A DNA stretch of 64,000 nucleotides, taken from the NCBI GenBank assembly GCA_051872635.1, contig JBJEEA010000009.1, positions 7,513 to 71,512 of the forward strand. The letters run 5' to 3'. A model generated the notes under the pieces. That model did not search any database. It worked only from the letters and a program-made list of their open reading frames with translations, and was not told where the DNA came from. Position numbers and translations under genes: made by a program. Origin of the DNA: Bacilli bacterium. GTDB lineage: Bacteria > Bacillota_I > Bacilli_A > RF39 > UBA660. Positions within the stretch are counted from its first letter, which is position 1, and the number at the start of each line of letters is the position of its first letter. Of this stretch, positions 43,833 through 54,824 are shown in pieces.

Positions 43833-43869
43833 AAACAAGTCCATATTATTTGATATTATGGACTTGTTT
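43833..43869. terminator. Perfect 13-bp stem hairpin (AAACAAGTCCATA / TATGGACTTGTTT). Likely terminator of the convergent 990-aa gene.
   Basis: Perfect inverted repeat lying between attR and the 990-aa ORF stop at 43938. Confidence 0.45.
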
Positions 43870-43937
43870 CATTATTTAAAGGAAGTATGAATTATTTATA
43901 AAAACAACCATAAAAACTTTGACTTTTCCTTTTGAAA

Positions 43938-46910
43938 TTAAAAACAAATCAAAGATTTTGTGATGTCGTATGCTTCGTAAAGCATTATAAATGCTGGATT
44001 TACTATGGTGTCATCAAAGTGTTTTTTTAATGTTTTCCCAATTTTTAATGTGACTGAATTTATTTCACTATTGACCCTTTCATCTTGTGAATTGTTAAAT
44101 GCTTCTTTATCTCCATTTTTATAACTTATAACATACCAGTCATCATTACAATAAACTTCTTTTAAATCCCCAACATCTATTGCTTTATATAATGCTAATG
44201 TGTTTTCTTTTTCTGATTTTATATATCTTAACGCATTAACTTTTTTGTTAATAAGTTTTATATAATCTTCATCATAAGAATCAGCTGCTAAATAATACAT
44301 AATCTCTTTTCTATCATCTTGGTAATTAAAATAGCATTGACCTAAATTAAATGTACCATTTCCTCTAATTAAATATTGGACATTTTTAGAATCAGAATAT
44401 TCTACCGCCTCAATCGGTTGTGGTAAAATGTCAACAAATTTTCTATTACTTCCTAATTTACTTCCAAAATCTTTATCTTTAAGATTACAAATTTTTGCAA
44501 TTAAACAAGGATATTTTTCTATACCTTTTATTTCTTTATCAAAATTAGTAAACCCAATTGTTACATTTTTAATGCAACTTTCTATTCCTTCAAATTCAAA
44601 TGAAATTCTTATTAATTCATCAATAGCTTGTAAATATACATCAAAGAAATCAACACAATCTATACTTTTTGAAATTTCAATATTATCAAAGCACAGTAAA
44701 TCTCCATTTCTCCAAACCCAACTATGTGCTAAAATATCATTATCTTTTTTTATAACAAATATTCTCCCATTAAAACTAGTTACAGCATGTTTTAAACATG
44801 AATATCCATTACCTAACACAGTAAAACAGCAATCAGTCTTATTACCAACACATAAAGCTTCCATATCATCTAATCTTAATATCTCATAAGAATATTTATC
44901 TTTTATTCCTGCAATTCTTGGTATTGTAGAAGATATTCTGTTCAAAATCTGATCATGTAATACTAAAGTTTCATTCACAATACTATTATCACAACCAATA
45001 AATTTAAATATTCCCTCTAAACGATAATATTTAGGTGGTAGTGTTATTTCATCACTTTTTAAAAATTCTATTATTGTCTTTAATGATTTATCCTTATTAT
45101 TCATCTCAATCATTTTCCATTCACTAAATATTCTAGGAAAATATTTATATAAATCACTATCTTTATTAGATAACATCCCTTTAATTCTAGAATAATTTTT
45201 ATCATTAAATAATAAATTAATTATCTTAGTATTTAGTATTGGACTTCCTTGTTCATCTAACATTACATTTTTAACATCAACATTACCTACTAAATGTTCT
45301 AATACAGGTAATGTATCATCAATTTCTAATAAAACTCTAGCGTTATTAAATCCAACCATTAACATTAATTTTAAAATTAACTGTTTATAACTTCTAATAG
45401 ACCATTTACCTTCTTCAAACTTTTTACATAACTGTTTATGTTGTTTAACATTATAATTTTCTAATTGTTCTACAGTAAAATCTTCTACTTTAAAGTCTAT
45501 ACTTCCTAATCTATTTAAGATTGTTATTTCTTCAATACTAGATAACTCATATAAAACAGTAATTGACTTACCCATAACAATTTTATAAAATAATTTTTCT
45601 ATTTCTTTAAAATTATTATTCTCAATATTGTTAACAATATTTTGATTTCTTAAGAACAATATAAAATTTGATAAGTGTTGTTTATAATTTTCATCACTTT
45701 TTGAAATAATATTACTTTTTAACATTTCTCTAAGTTCACTTAAATTCTTAAAATATTTTTCTGAAAAAACAGAAGTCATTTCATCAATTTCCTCTAATAT
45801 ACCATTAGTTTTAATATTACTTCTATATTTTGTTTCAACATATCTCAATGCTGATATAGATTCTTTATGCCAATAAGAAATATAAAAGTTTGTGTCAAAA
45901 AGCAATTCAATATTATCAATTTCAAAAGTATCCAATATTTCTTTAAATTTATCATTAAATACTCCAGATCTAGAACATGCTTTGATCCAATCATTTAAAG
46001 TTAATGAATTAAACACTTCTTTATCATCACTATATAAATTAATAATAATCTTTGGTCTGATACTATTATTAATTTTCTTGATATCATGGCCTTGTATTAT
46101 ATTTTCAAAAAAATTAGATATTAAAATCTCTTGCTTCGTTTCATCAGTTTCGTTCAAATACTCTTTTAAATCATATTCAGAAATATTACTAAATGCAGTA
46201 TTTAATTTATCATAATGATTACTTACAAATTGTCTATATACATCTACATTTTCAATATACCTTATAAATGTTAATAGTTCTCCTGGTTTAAATTCATTAA
46301 TTTTATCTATATATTTTTCTAATAAAAAATCCATAAATTCTTCATTATAAATTATTTGTAATTCAAAGATGTTATTTATATCATGCATATTAGCATTATC
46401 ATAACAACAGCTATTATGAAAATATAATCCATTGATAAATTCTCTATTTTCTACTTGAACTAATTCAGTATAAAATTCGGTATAAAAAGAATAATACTCT
46501 TCATGTGTAAATCCATGAAATAAATTCTCAGGATTTTGACTTATAACTTTTTTAAATATATCAGTATCAATATTTTTTAATTCTTTTAACACATTAAAAG
46601 AAAGAAAATAGGATAAAGATCTAGGGGCTATCATTGTGTATAAAAATATATCATTGTCATGTTCTTTAATGTATTTTATATTATCCTTCATAAATGTTAT
46701 TTGCTTATCTTCTGGTAATTTGCTAATAATATAATAAATAGAAAGAGGATTCATATCATTAATATTTTTATTACCAGTTTTAATATATTCATCACACTCT
46801 TTAAGCGCTTTTTCTTCATTTTGTTTACTTGCATTTAATGAAAGTGGTATAGATTTTTTCCCAAGTCCTTCTAACAACACTTGAATTTGTTCATCAGTTA
46901 ATTCTGGCAT
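43938..46910 (-). CDS. Large hypothetical protein (990 aa), operon partner of the ankyrin-AAA+ protein.
   Basis: Long uninterrupted ORF with a GGGGGA RBS. Cys-containing segments (SCCYDNANMHD, CVGNKTDCCFTVLGNGYSCLKH). No domain recognised. Confidence 0.8.
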   Translation of the reverse strand: MPELTDEQIQVLLEGLGKKSIPLSLNASKQNEEKALKECDEYIKTGNKNINDMNPLSIYYIISKLPEDKQITFMKDNIKYIKEHDNDIFLYTMIAPRSLSYFLSFNVLKELKNIDTDIFKKVISQNPENLFHGFTHEEYYSFYTEFYTELVQVENREFINGLYFHNSCCYDNANMHDINNIFELQIIYNEEFMDFLLEKYIDKINEFKPGELLTFIRYIENVDVYRQFVSNHYDKLNTAFSNISEYDLKEYLNETDETKQEILISNFFENIIQGHDIKKINNSIRPKIIINLYSDDKEVFNSLTLNDWIKACSRSGVFNDKFKEILDTFEIDNIELLFDTNFYISYWHKESISALRYVETKYRSNIKTNGILEEIDEMTSVFSEKYFKNLSELREMLKSNIISKSDENYKQHLSNFILFLRNQNIVNNIENNNFKEIEKLFYKIVMGKSITVLYELSSIEEITILNRLGSIDFKVEDFTVEQLENYNVKQHKQLCKKFEEGKWSIRSYKQLILKLMLMVGFNNARVLLEIDDTLPVLEHLVGNVDVKNVMLDEQGSPILNTKIINLLFNDKNYSRIKGMLSNKDSDLYKYFPRIFSEWKMIEMNNKDKSLKTIIEFLKSDEITLPPKYYRLEGIFKFIGCDNSIVNETLVLHDQILNRISSTIPRIAGIKDKYSYEILRLDDMEALCVGNKTDCCFTVLGNGYSCLKHAVTSFNGRIFVIKKDNDILAHSWVWRNGDLLCFDNIEISKSIDCVDFFDVYLQAIDELIRISFEFEGIESCIKNVTIGFTNFDKEIKGIEKYPCLIAKICNLKDKDFGSKLGSNRKFVDILPQPIEAVEYSDSKNVQYLIRGNGTFNLGQCYFNYQDDRKEIMYYLAADSYDEDYIKLINKKVNALRYIKSEKENTLALYKAIDVGDLKEVYCNDDWYVISYKNGDKEAFNNSQDERVNSEINSVTLKIGKTLKKHFDDTIVNPAFIMLYEAYDITKSLICF

Positions 46911-46932
46911 AATATAATCCCCCTTTCTTTTT

Positions 46933-48519
46933 TTATTTTATAAATTTATTAAAATCTATTTTTAAAACTCTTTGTACAGGTTTAGATATACTTGCATCTA
47001 AATTTCTTAATCTTGCTATTGCTTGTTCTCTTGTAGATTCATAAATTCTATCACAGTATTCAAAACTTTCAACAAAATGTTCTGCTGTTATAAACTCACT
47101 ATCATAAACTTTAGCAAATGCAAACACTTTATCAACAATAGATATTGATAAGTCAGGATTATTAACCATATCGTTATAAACTCTATGATTTTTTTCAGTA
47201 GCACTTACAATAATATCAACAACTTGATTTCTTATATTTTCATTTTCAAATTGTATTCCATTTTTTAAATAGTAATCACCAATTACTTTATCAATTATTT
47301 GACATAAAATATCTTCAGTAGGCTCTTTAACTATAATTTTTTCAAATCTTCTTTTTAATGTATCACCACTAAAAAATTCATTATACTCTTTTTCAGTTGT
47401 TGTTCCAATTACCTTTAAATTTGATCTATCTATATAGTGTTTTAACATAGATGCCATATCATTATCCTTACTTTTAGATGAACCAATACCATATATTGTA
47501 TGAATCTCATCAATGAAAACTATTACATCTAATTTTTCACATAACTTCATTAATTTAGTCATGTTATCTTCAAACATTCCAACATATTGACAACCTGCAA
47601 CAACATCACTAGGATTAACCTCTAAAATTATTTTCCCTTGTAAGAAACTAGGTACTTGTCCTATTTTAATTCTATATGCTAGTTCATCCACTAATGCAGT
47701 TTTTCCTACACCTGACTCTCCAACAATTAAAGGTCTCTTTTTATCTTGTGCCAAAGTAATCATAAGATTTTTTAATTCTTTTTCTCTTCCAATAGTTGGA
47801 GCAACTATATAATTTTTCTTATTTAATACTTTTCCATATTTTTCAAGTTCTGAAATATCATTATCAGATAATGTTTGTGTCACAGTAGCAAAGGGAACTT
47901 CTTGTTTTACTGGGGTATTACTAGCAACAACTGTTTTTATTTCTTTAGATTGATTATCCTTGTATAATTTTGAATATCTTTCTTGAAATTTCTTTTTAAA
48001 ACCTTCCATTTGCTCTCTAGAATATTGCTTTTGAAAAATCATAGCTTCAAGTAAATTTCTTGCATCTTGATCTTCTAATGAAGAATCAAATCCATTAGCA
48101 CACAATAAATCATAAATTCTTTCAACTTCACCTAAGTAATCATCACTATATATTGCAGTGTGCATAATAGTATCTTTATCACTATCAACATGATTAACAT
48201 TTAATTTGTATTTTAATGACTCAGTAATAATATTTAAAATAAACTCTTCACTATATCCAGCATATAAAGCGGTTTGAATAAAATTATAATTATAATCAGC
48301 TTCTAAATTCGGACTTAAACCAATTTGCAATAATGATTTAATAGCTAGAAAACACTTTGCTTCATCATACTTATTATCTACTAAAATATGTAATAAAGAT
48401 TGATTATCGTCATCAGTATAATCTAAATTTCCAAATGCACTCTTAATTTTTTTTACATTAGAATACATGTCGTCTGTCATTTCTGACAATAAAGTCCTTA
48501 TATTATTTTTATTTAACAT
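46933..48519 (-). CDS. Ankyrin-repeat protein fused to a single ClpA/ClpB-NBD1-like AAA+ ATPase domain.
   Basis: N-terminal ankyrin-like repeats (SLLHILVDN..., DKDTIMHTAIY..., DARNLLEAM...). Then PTIGREKELKNLMITLAQDKKRPLIVGESGVGKTALVDELAYRI, Walker B VIVFIDEIH, and Arg finger KRRFEKI. Nearly colinear with the ClpB D1 domain. Confidence 0.8.
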   Translation of the reverse strand: MLNKNNIRTLLSEMTDDMYSNVKKIKSAFGNLDYTDDDNQSLLHILVDNKYDEAKCFLAIKSLLQIGLSPNLEADYNYNFIQTALYAGYSEEFILNIITESLKYKLNVNHVDSDKDTIMHTAIYSDDYLGEVERIYDLLCANGFDSSLEDQDARNLLEAMIFQKQYSREQMEGFKKKFQERYSKLYKDNQSKEIKTVVASNTPVKQEVPFATVTQTLSDNDISELEKYGKVLNKKNYIVAPTIGREKELKNLMITLAQDKKRPLIVGESGVGKTALVDELAYRIKIGQVPSFLQGKIILEVNPSDVVAGCQYVGMFEDNMTKLMKLCEKLDVIVFIDEIHTIYGIGSSKSKDNDMASMLKHYIDRSNLKVIGTTTEKEYNEFFSGDTLKRRFEKIIVKEPTEDILCQIIDKVIGDYYLKNGIQFENENIRNQVVDIIVSATEKNHRVYNDMVNNPDLSISIVDKVFAFAKVYDSEFITAEHFVESFEYCDRIYESTREQAIARLRNLDASISKPVQRVLKIDFNKFIK

Positions 48520-48739
48520 ACATAATTTCCCCCCTTAAATAGTTGAGTGCTATTATAACATAAGATCTAAAAAATTACCATAAAAGCAATCAAATTTTCG
48601 ATTATATGGCTATATAATTAAAAAAAAGACAACACTTGAAAATATATTTTTTCAAATATACAATATAATTTAAAATTTCTAAATTATATTTATTTAAACA
48701 TATTACTCGTATAATTCAAGCATAATGTTATGAGGTGCA

Positions 48740-49181
48740 ATGATGGATCACTTTTGCTTTTTTCTTAGATTAATAATTTGTTTTGTTTTAAGCTTTATGA
48801 TTGATCTAGAAAAGAAATAAGAGGAAGAAGTGCCGGACTTAAAACAAACATTATTGTATGTTTAGGAGCTTTCTTGTTTGTATCTTGTTTGTATCGGCAT
48901 CATTTAACTCATATGATGATGACTTGATGTGTATCCCAGCACAAGTTGTTTCAGTAATAGTTTTTTTAGGAGCAGGTGCTTTTACTATTGATACTAATAA
49001 AACAAAAGGTTTAAATACCGAAGCAACAATATGGGGTGTTGCAGCAATTGGCATATTAGTAGGATTAAAGCTTATATTTGAAGCATGTATTGAAACAATT
49101 GCTATTATTTTTACTAATGTTTTCCTTCGAAAAATTAAAAAAACAATAGCACCAGATAGATATCTTGAAGATAACTTGTGA
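48740..49181 (+). pseudogene. MgtC/SapB-family membrane protein gene disrupted by frameshift(s).
   Basis: Frame 1 reads MMDHFCFFLRLII...LEKK-stop. A second frame reads ...GLKTNIIVCLGAF... A third frame reads GLNTEATIWGVAAIGILVG (MgtC signature). An 11-bp tandem duplication, CTTGTTTGTAT x2, lies at 48873..48894. Confidence 0.5.
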
Positions 49182-49530
49182 CTTCATAATTTTAATCTAA
49201 TCTTTATAATAATGAATTTTTTAGATATGATGAATCGTTTTTCATATAATACATTATTTACACAAATAATTACTTAATTTCAATAAATTCATTCATTGCT
49301 ACCTTACATCGTAATTCATTAACCATAGTATAATTTTATTTCAAATCTATTTATTAACTCGCTTAAAGCTCAATCTAAAATATTGACTTTGTGGCAACTC
49401 TTTAAAAAAAGAAGTTAAAAAACTTCCTTAGGCTGTATAATAAATAGTGTTGGTGTAATAAATCACTACACTATTTTTTAGTATTTAAAAAAGACATGTA
49501 ATCTGATACAATGTAATTGAACAAAAAACA

Positions 49531-50111
49531 TTGAAAGGTTGTGATCACATATCTCATAATAATTATATACTAAATTTGTTAAATATTAAAGATAAAAATA
49601 TATTTATTCTTACTAATTCTATTCAAGAAAGGATTATTAAAGAAAAAAAACATAAAATTATTGAAGGTATCCTTACTTATACTCCTGAATTTTGTCCAAA
49701 TTGTAGTTGTGTTAATGAATCAACTAACGATATTATAAAATGGGGTTTTAAAAAGAATTATAAAGTTAAAATACCGAATATATCTAATTGTAAAAGTTTA
49801 TTGGTTTTACATAAGCAAAGATTTTATTGTAAAAATTGTCATAATACTTTTATTGCTAAAACTACTTTAGTAGATAGAAACAATAATATTTCAAATAATA
49901 CTGAACTGCAAATTAGAATTAAACTTATGAAAAAGCAATTAAAATGAGTAAAGCACTAAAACTATATAAGGAAAATATAAAATATATTGAAAATTGATTC
50001 AAATACAACATAAACAATGGAATAATAGAAAGAAAGAATAATCTAATTAAATGTATAAGAATTGGCTTTGACTATAGAAAATATAGTCACTTCATATCCA
50101 GATATTTTTAA
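49531..50111 (+). pseudogene. ISL3-family transposase with a large internal deletion (N-terminal 138 aa plus a C-terminal ~24-aa tail).
   Basis: N-terminal zinc-finger/HTH region with CPNC...C..C pairs. Last residues NNLIKCIRIGFDYRKYSHFISRYF are typical of an ISL3 C-terminus. A 9-bp inverted repeat TGACAAAAG/CTTTTGTCA follows at 50121..50143. Confidence 0.55.
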
Positions 50112-50230
50112 TTTCTGATATGACAAAAGAATGACTTTTGTCATCCTCTCGCATTGTATATTATTCTTCACCTACACTATTTGACAAAAAACCACTACTT
50201 TCTTTAATATTTATACTATTCTGTTCTTTT

Positions 50231-51664
50231 TTAATTTGCTTTTACTTTACTTCTTTTTTTTAAATATATTATTACACCAAATAATCCAATTAATGATATA
50301 GTTCCCATTAGTATACTATTACCAATACCATCATAAGTTTTTGGATTTTCCTCACCAATTTCTGCTGCTTTTTCTGCTAAAATATAAGTGCTAAAGTGAT
50401 TAGTTTCAAATGATGCATATCCATCTTTTACTGTAACTTCGTGTTCTTCTGTAGTGCCTTCACTTGTAATATAGTACACTATTAAATCTTTTCCATTTAA
50501 TTCAGTTGGTACTGGTATCTTAACTAAAAATTTGCCATTTTCTAATTTTTCTATTTTTGCATTTTTTGCAGCTGAATATAAACTAATATCATAAGATCTA
50601 TAATTTTCAGTTCCTATTATGTCTTTAATTGAACTATCTTCGACATTATTAACTGTTAATGAAGTATCAAGTGGTATTGATGAATCTTCACTTGTTATTT
50701 CAATTTTAGAGTTCAAATCTAATCCATAATATGTTGGTTCTACTAACTCTTCATCAGTTCCTTTTACAATATAAAACTTGTAAGTTCTACTGCCAATTTT
50801 TATATTATAATAGTTCCCATCACTTCTTATTGGGCATCCGTCATCTTCAGAACCTTCAGGTAATGTGCTTAACAAACCACCATATGACACAATAACAGAT
50901 GAATTTCCTAAATAATCATTAATTCTCTTTTGTGCGGCAGCTATGTAAGATTCTTTTGTATCTTCAGTATCTTGTGGTATATAGATAACTCTTTTTAAAT
51001 ATAAACCTTCTGTTTTTGTACCATATGAATACCCATTATAAAATATACTCATTGGTCCAAAAGCTGATTCATACATTAAAGTTTCATCTTGCTCTCCAGC
51101 TCTAACGTCTATATAGTAAGTTATATTAGCTCCATTTGTAACATTATTTAATGTACTAAATTTTAATGCTCTACCAGGAGCTCCCGGATTCCATAATTCT
51201 GATTTTTCACTTGTTAGATAATAGTTTATTAAAGACAAATCTTCAACAAAATAATATGTATTTGGATTAGATTCAGAAAAATTATTTAGTTTACTAAAAT
51301 AATCATTAAGAACTGAATTAGATTTTGGTTCGTCATATGTAACATTAATAGTATATGAATGGCTCCATTCTGCTTCAGTATTTTGGATTTGAACTGTGCA
51401 ACTTGTATATGGTGCTTCATAGCATCCTGCATAAATTTCATATCCATCTTCTTGAAGTAAGTTATTTACATAACCGTTTATAAGAATATCTCCTTCGATA
51501 CCATTTGTAGGTTTCTTAACCTTAAATACCGCATTCTCTCCATCAGGTGCTATTTTTTTGATTAAATCTTCATGATTCTCCAATGCATTTACAATATTTG
51601 GAACTAAAAATAATGCACAAACCATAATAGCAAAAACCCCTAACTTTTTTTTCACATTTTTCAT
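50231..51664 (-). CDS. Secreted or surface-anchored protein (signal peptide plus C-terminal transmembrane anchor).
   Basis: Start reassigned to MKNVKKKLGVFAIMVCALFLVPNIVNA after a strong AGGAGG RBS. C-terminal hydrophobic helix followed by KKRSKVKAN. Confidence 0.65.
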   Translation of the reverse strand: MKNVKKKLGVFAIMVCALFLVPNIVNALENHEDLIKKIAPDGENAVFKVKKPTNGIEGDILINGYVNNLLQEDGYEIYAGCYEAPYTSCTVQIQNTEAEWSHSYTINVTYDEPKSNSVLNDYFSKLNNFSESNPNTYYFVEDLSLINYYLTSEKSELWNPGAPGRALKFSTLNNVTNGANITYYIDVRAGEQDETLMYESAFGPMSIFYNGYSYGTKTEGLYLKRVIYIPQDTEDTKESYIAAAQKRINDYLGNSSVIVSYGGLLSTLPEGSEDDGCPIRSDGNYYNIKIGSRTYKFYIVKGTDEELVEPTYYGLDLNSKIEITSEDSSIPLDTSLTVNNVEDSSIKDIIGTENYRSYDISLYSAAKNAKIEKLENGKFLVKIPVPTELNGKDLIVYYITSEGTTEEHEVTVKDGYASFETNHFSTYILAEKAAEIGEENPKTYDGIGNSILMGTISLIGLFGVIIYLKKRSKVKAN

Positions 51665-52463
51665 GTACACTCCTCCTATTATTAATGATACTATATTTTT
51701 TTTATATTTGAAATGCTTTTTTAACAATTTTAAATAATTTTGAAAATATACTAAGTGATTTAAACATTAAACATTCTTATAGTAATATCCTTATAATAAT
51801 ACTTCAAGTCCATATAAAAAAAGAAGAAGTAAATGTTAATATTTATGAAACATTTAATAAAGATAAACTAGATATAATTGGTATAATAATCAAAGAATTC
51901 ATGAAGCTATAGGATACACCAAGTAAAAAATATAATGACGATATAGCAATTTTAGCACCAGCATAGTATTTAATTTTATGACAAGAAAATATATCTGTAA
52001 TTGACAGACAAATTTCATTAGTTAGTAATAATCTCAAAAGATGATTGTAACTAATTAGGTCTAATTACAAATAGAGAATTTAAATAAATTTCAATACATT
52101 TAAATAATATTGTTTGAAAAAATGTGTCCAAAAAGTTAACATAAATTCACCTGGCGTTTCAAATTCACTCTTTAAAATCTTTTTAGCTGAACCATTTCTA
52201 TAATTAGTTTTTTCTTTCGCCCTAACATATTTAGAATAACCAATAGATTAATCAAATTCAAAATTAATCATCTCTAATAAAGCACTAGATAAGTTTTAAG
52301 TAGGCTTAATATCATAATTCTCTTGTATTAATTTTAACATTTCTTTTTCTTAATTAATTTCTTTCATAATAAAAATCCTTCCATTTCTTTAATTCATTAT
52401 ATCATGGAAAGATTTTCTATTTACACAAAATTATTTGCAGACCCAAATTTTATAAAAACACTT

Positions 52464-53066
52464 CTATTTCTTTCTCTCAAAAAGCTCACTAGATACTCCA
52501 CAAACAGGACAAACAAAATCTTTAGGAAGCTCTTCCCCATAATAAACATATCCACAAACAGTACATACATATGCTGTTTTTCCCTTTTCCGTTTCAACCT
52601 TTATAATATCATTCTTATTTTCTTGATAATAATTATATGTCATAGGCTTCTCATCACTAAATTTATCGGCTTCAATAAGTTTACCAATAAATATTGTATG
52701 CGTATCAGCATCTATTGTATCTACAACTTCACAAATCATATATCCAATTGAATCTTTAATAACCTCTATACCATCGACTGAGATAGTATTAACCTTTTCA
52801 AATTTATTAATATCCCTTGAAGAATTAAAACCAAAAGTCTTAATAAGCTCCCCTTTAACGCTCATTCCAAGAACAGATATACCAAATTTACCATTTTTAG
52901 CTACCATCTCATTAGTATAATTATTCTTATTAACTGCAACTGAAATAAGAGCAGGATCCCCAGAAGAAACTTGCATTACAGTATCAACCATACATCCAGC
53001 TCCATCAGTAGAAAGAACATACATTCCCGCACTAATACTACGTGTTATTTTTTTATTTTTTATCAT
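52464..53066 (-). CDS. hrb: High-molecular-weight rubredoxin: flavin-reductase-like domain fused to a C-terminal rubredoxin domain.
   Basis: N-terminal flavin reductase-like fold and a C-terminal [10 protein letters not shown]...CPVCG rubredoxin motif. Confidence 0.65.
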   Translation of the reverse strand: MIKNKKITRSISAGMYVLSTDGAGCMVDTVMQVSSGDPALISVAVNKNNYTNEMVAKNGKFGISVLGMSVKGELIKTFGFNSSRDINKFEKVNTISVDGIEVIKDSIGYMICEVVDTIDADTHTIFIGKLIEADKFSDEKPMTYNYYQENKNDIIKVETEKGKTAYVCTVCGYVYYGEELPKDFVCPVCGVSSELFERKK

Positions 53067-53155
53067 TCATATCACTTTCCCTTAACTAAATTTTAACACA
53101 AATAAAAATAATCTACAACAAAATTCAAAACAAACAAAATAACAATTTACAAAGT

Positions 53156-54721
53156 TTATTCTATATAAACTTGTTCTTCACTATCATTAGGAGAAGATAT
53201 TCCTTTTCCCTGATTAGGCTTAAATATCGAAAAACCTAAATCAATCATAATTACTACAACTAAAATTGAAGAAATGATAACTCTATATTTATATTTTATA
53301 TGATTAAATAATCTCTTCAGTAAGGGTGATAATATATATATCCCTACAGTACATCCAAATCCAAATACTAAAAGTCCTTCCAAACATATCCTACCATTAA
53401 TATTAAATAAATATCCGCTGTAATCCCACCATTTCATATTATACAAGACATCTAAATAAAGTGATGTAAAATATTCAATAATTCCACATAAAAACATTGA
53501 AAGAATAAAAGTAAGTCCAATATTTTTACTATATCTTTTTAATAGAAGCAACGACAAAACTCCACCAAAGCCATATATCGGAAGATAAGGGCCATATAAA
53601 GTACCACGATTTACAAAAGTACCATCACTAAATAAATGAAGAAGTACTTCCCAAGCATATCCAATAAAAGAATAAGCAAAAAAGAGCATTATTATATCAA
53701 TAAAAGAATACTTAATATTAACATCACTAATTTCTACTTTCGTTCTCAATGTAGGAAGAAAATATTTATCTATAGGATAACTATTATTACTAAATTTTAC
53801 ATCTAAATAATCATCACATAATAATTCATTATTAACTTTTTTACAATCAATATAATCTTCTCTCATATTCATATAAAGCTCAGCAAAAACACACTCTTTA
53901 AATGGATTAGTATAAAACAAATTAAATAGATTAAAACTCATAATACCAACTACATAATATAAAATAAAAGATAATTCCATCACAAATAGTTTCCATTTAT
54001 ATCCTCTTGCCATCTCTTTAGAAATTCTAAAAGCATCTTTTAAAGAAATATCAGGATTCTCTGCTAAAATGTATGGAATAAAGAAATACTCATATCTCTT
54101 TACAAAGCCAAATACAATAGTAAAAGACCAAAAAAAAGTATAAACCTCTCTTACAAACATTATCTTTGCAACATTCCATTCTTTCTTTAATCTATAAGGA
54201 AAGAGTATTCTTCTTATTTTTGTTTCACCATATCTTCTATTTTCTAAAAAAAATCTACACTGTCCAACTTTTATAACATTACCAACAAAAAAATAATAAA
54301 TAAATGTAATCATAGTACCTATTAAAATAACAATACCAGCACCAATTTTATCTTTAAAAATCATTTGATTAATAGCATTTAATGTTCCAAATAAAAACGA
54401 ATCTGATTTTGAAATATTGTTAGCAATATTAGCAAGTACTCCAGCATTAGCCCCCTCTAAATACTTATCAATTTTCACATTACTTTCTTCTTTTACTCCC
54501 TTAATAAAATCAATAACAATATCTGAATTACTTTTAATATCAAGTTGATTAAAATATTCACTATAATCATAATTTTTAACTTCTTTTTTTATTATACTAG
54601 TAGTAGTACCACCAATTAAAATAGTTACAATAAAACATACTGCTATACACTTCACAAAACTTTTATTAAATACTCGTCTTCCTTCTTTTTTTAGATTATT
54701 AATTTTTAATTTACTACTCAT
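53156..54721 (-). CDS. Polytopic integral membrane protein.
   Basis: Multiple hydrophobic helices in both halves. No catalytic motif recognised. Confidence 0.55.
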   Translation of the reverse strand: MSSKLKINNLKKEGRRVFNKSFVKCIAVCFIVTILIGGTTTSIIKKEVKNYDYSEYFNQLDIKSNSDIVIDFIKGVKEESNVKIDKYLEGANAGVLANIANNISKSDSFLFGTLNAINQMIFKDKIGAGIVILIGTMITFIYYFFVGNVIKVGQCRFFLENRRYGETKIRRILFPYRLKKEWNVAKIMFVREVYTFFWSFTIVFGFVKRYEYFFIPYILAENPDISLKDAFRISKEMARGYKWKLFVMELSFILYYVVGIMSFNLFNLFYTNPFKECVFAELYMNMREDYIDCKKVNNELLCDDYLDVKFSNNSYPIDKYFLPTLRTKVEISDVNIKYSFIDIIMLFFAYSFIGYAWEVLLHLFSDGTFVNRGTLYGPYLPIYGFGGVLSLLLLKRYSKNIGLTFILSMFLCGIIEYFTSLYLDVLYNMKWWDYSGYLFNINGRICLEGLLVFGFGCTVGIYILSPLLKRLFNHIKYKYRVIISSILVVVIMIDLGFSIFKPNQGKGISSPNDSEEQVYIE

Positions 54722-54824
54722 ACCTCAAACTCCAAACTACAATACATGATAATTATACTATAAACAAATATTACGGTCAATAACCAAAAATAAAAGACCT
54801 ATAAATATAAGTCTCTTATTAAAA

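Noticed and set aside
51843-52037. 64-aa minus-strand ORF.
   Set aside because: It sits in a degenerate non-coding patch, is hydrophobic and low-complexity, and has no RBS.
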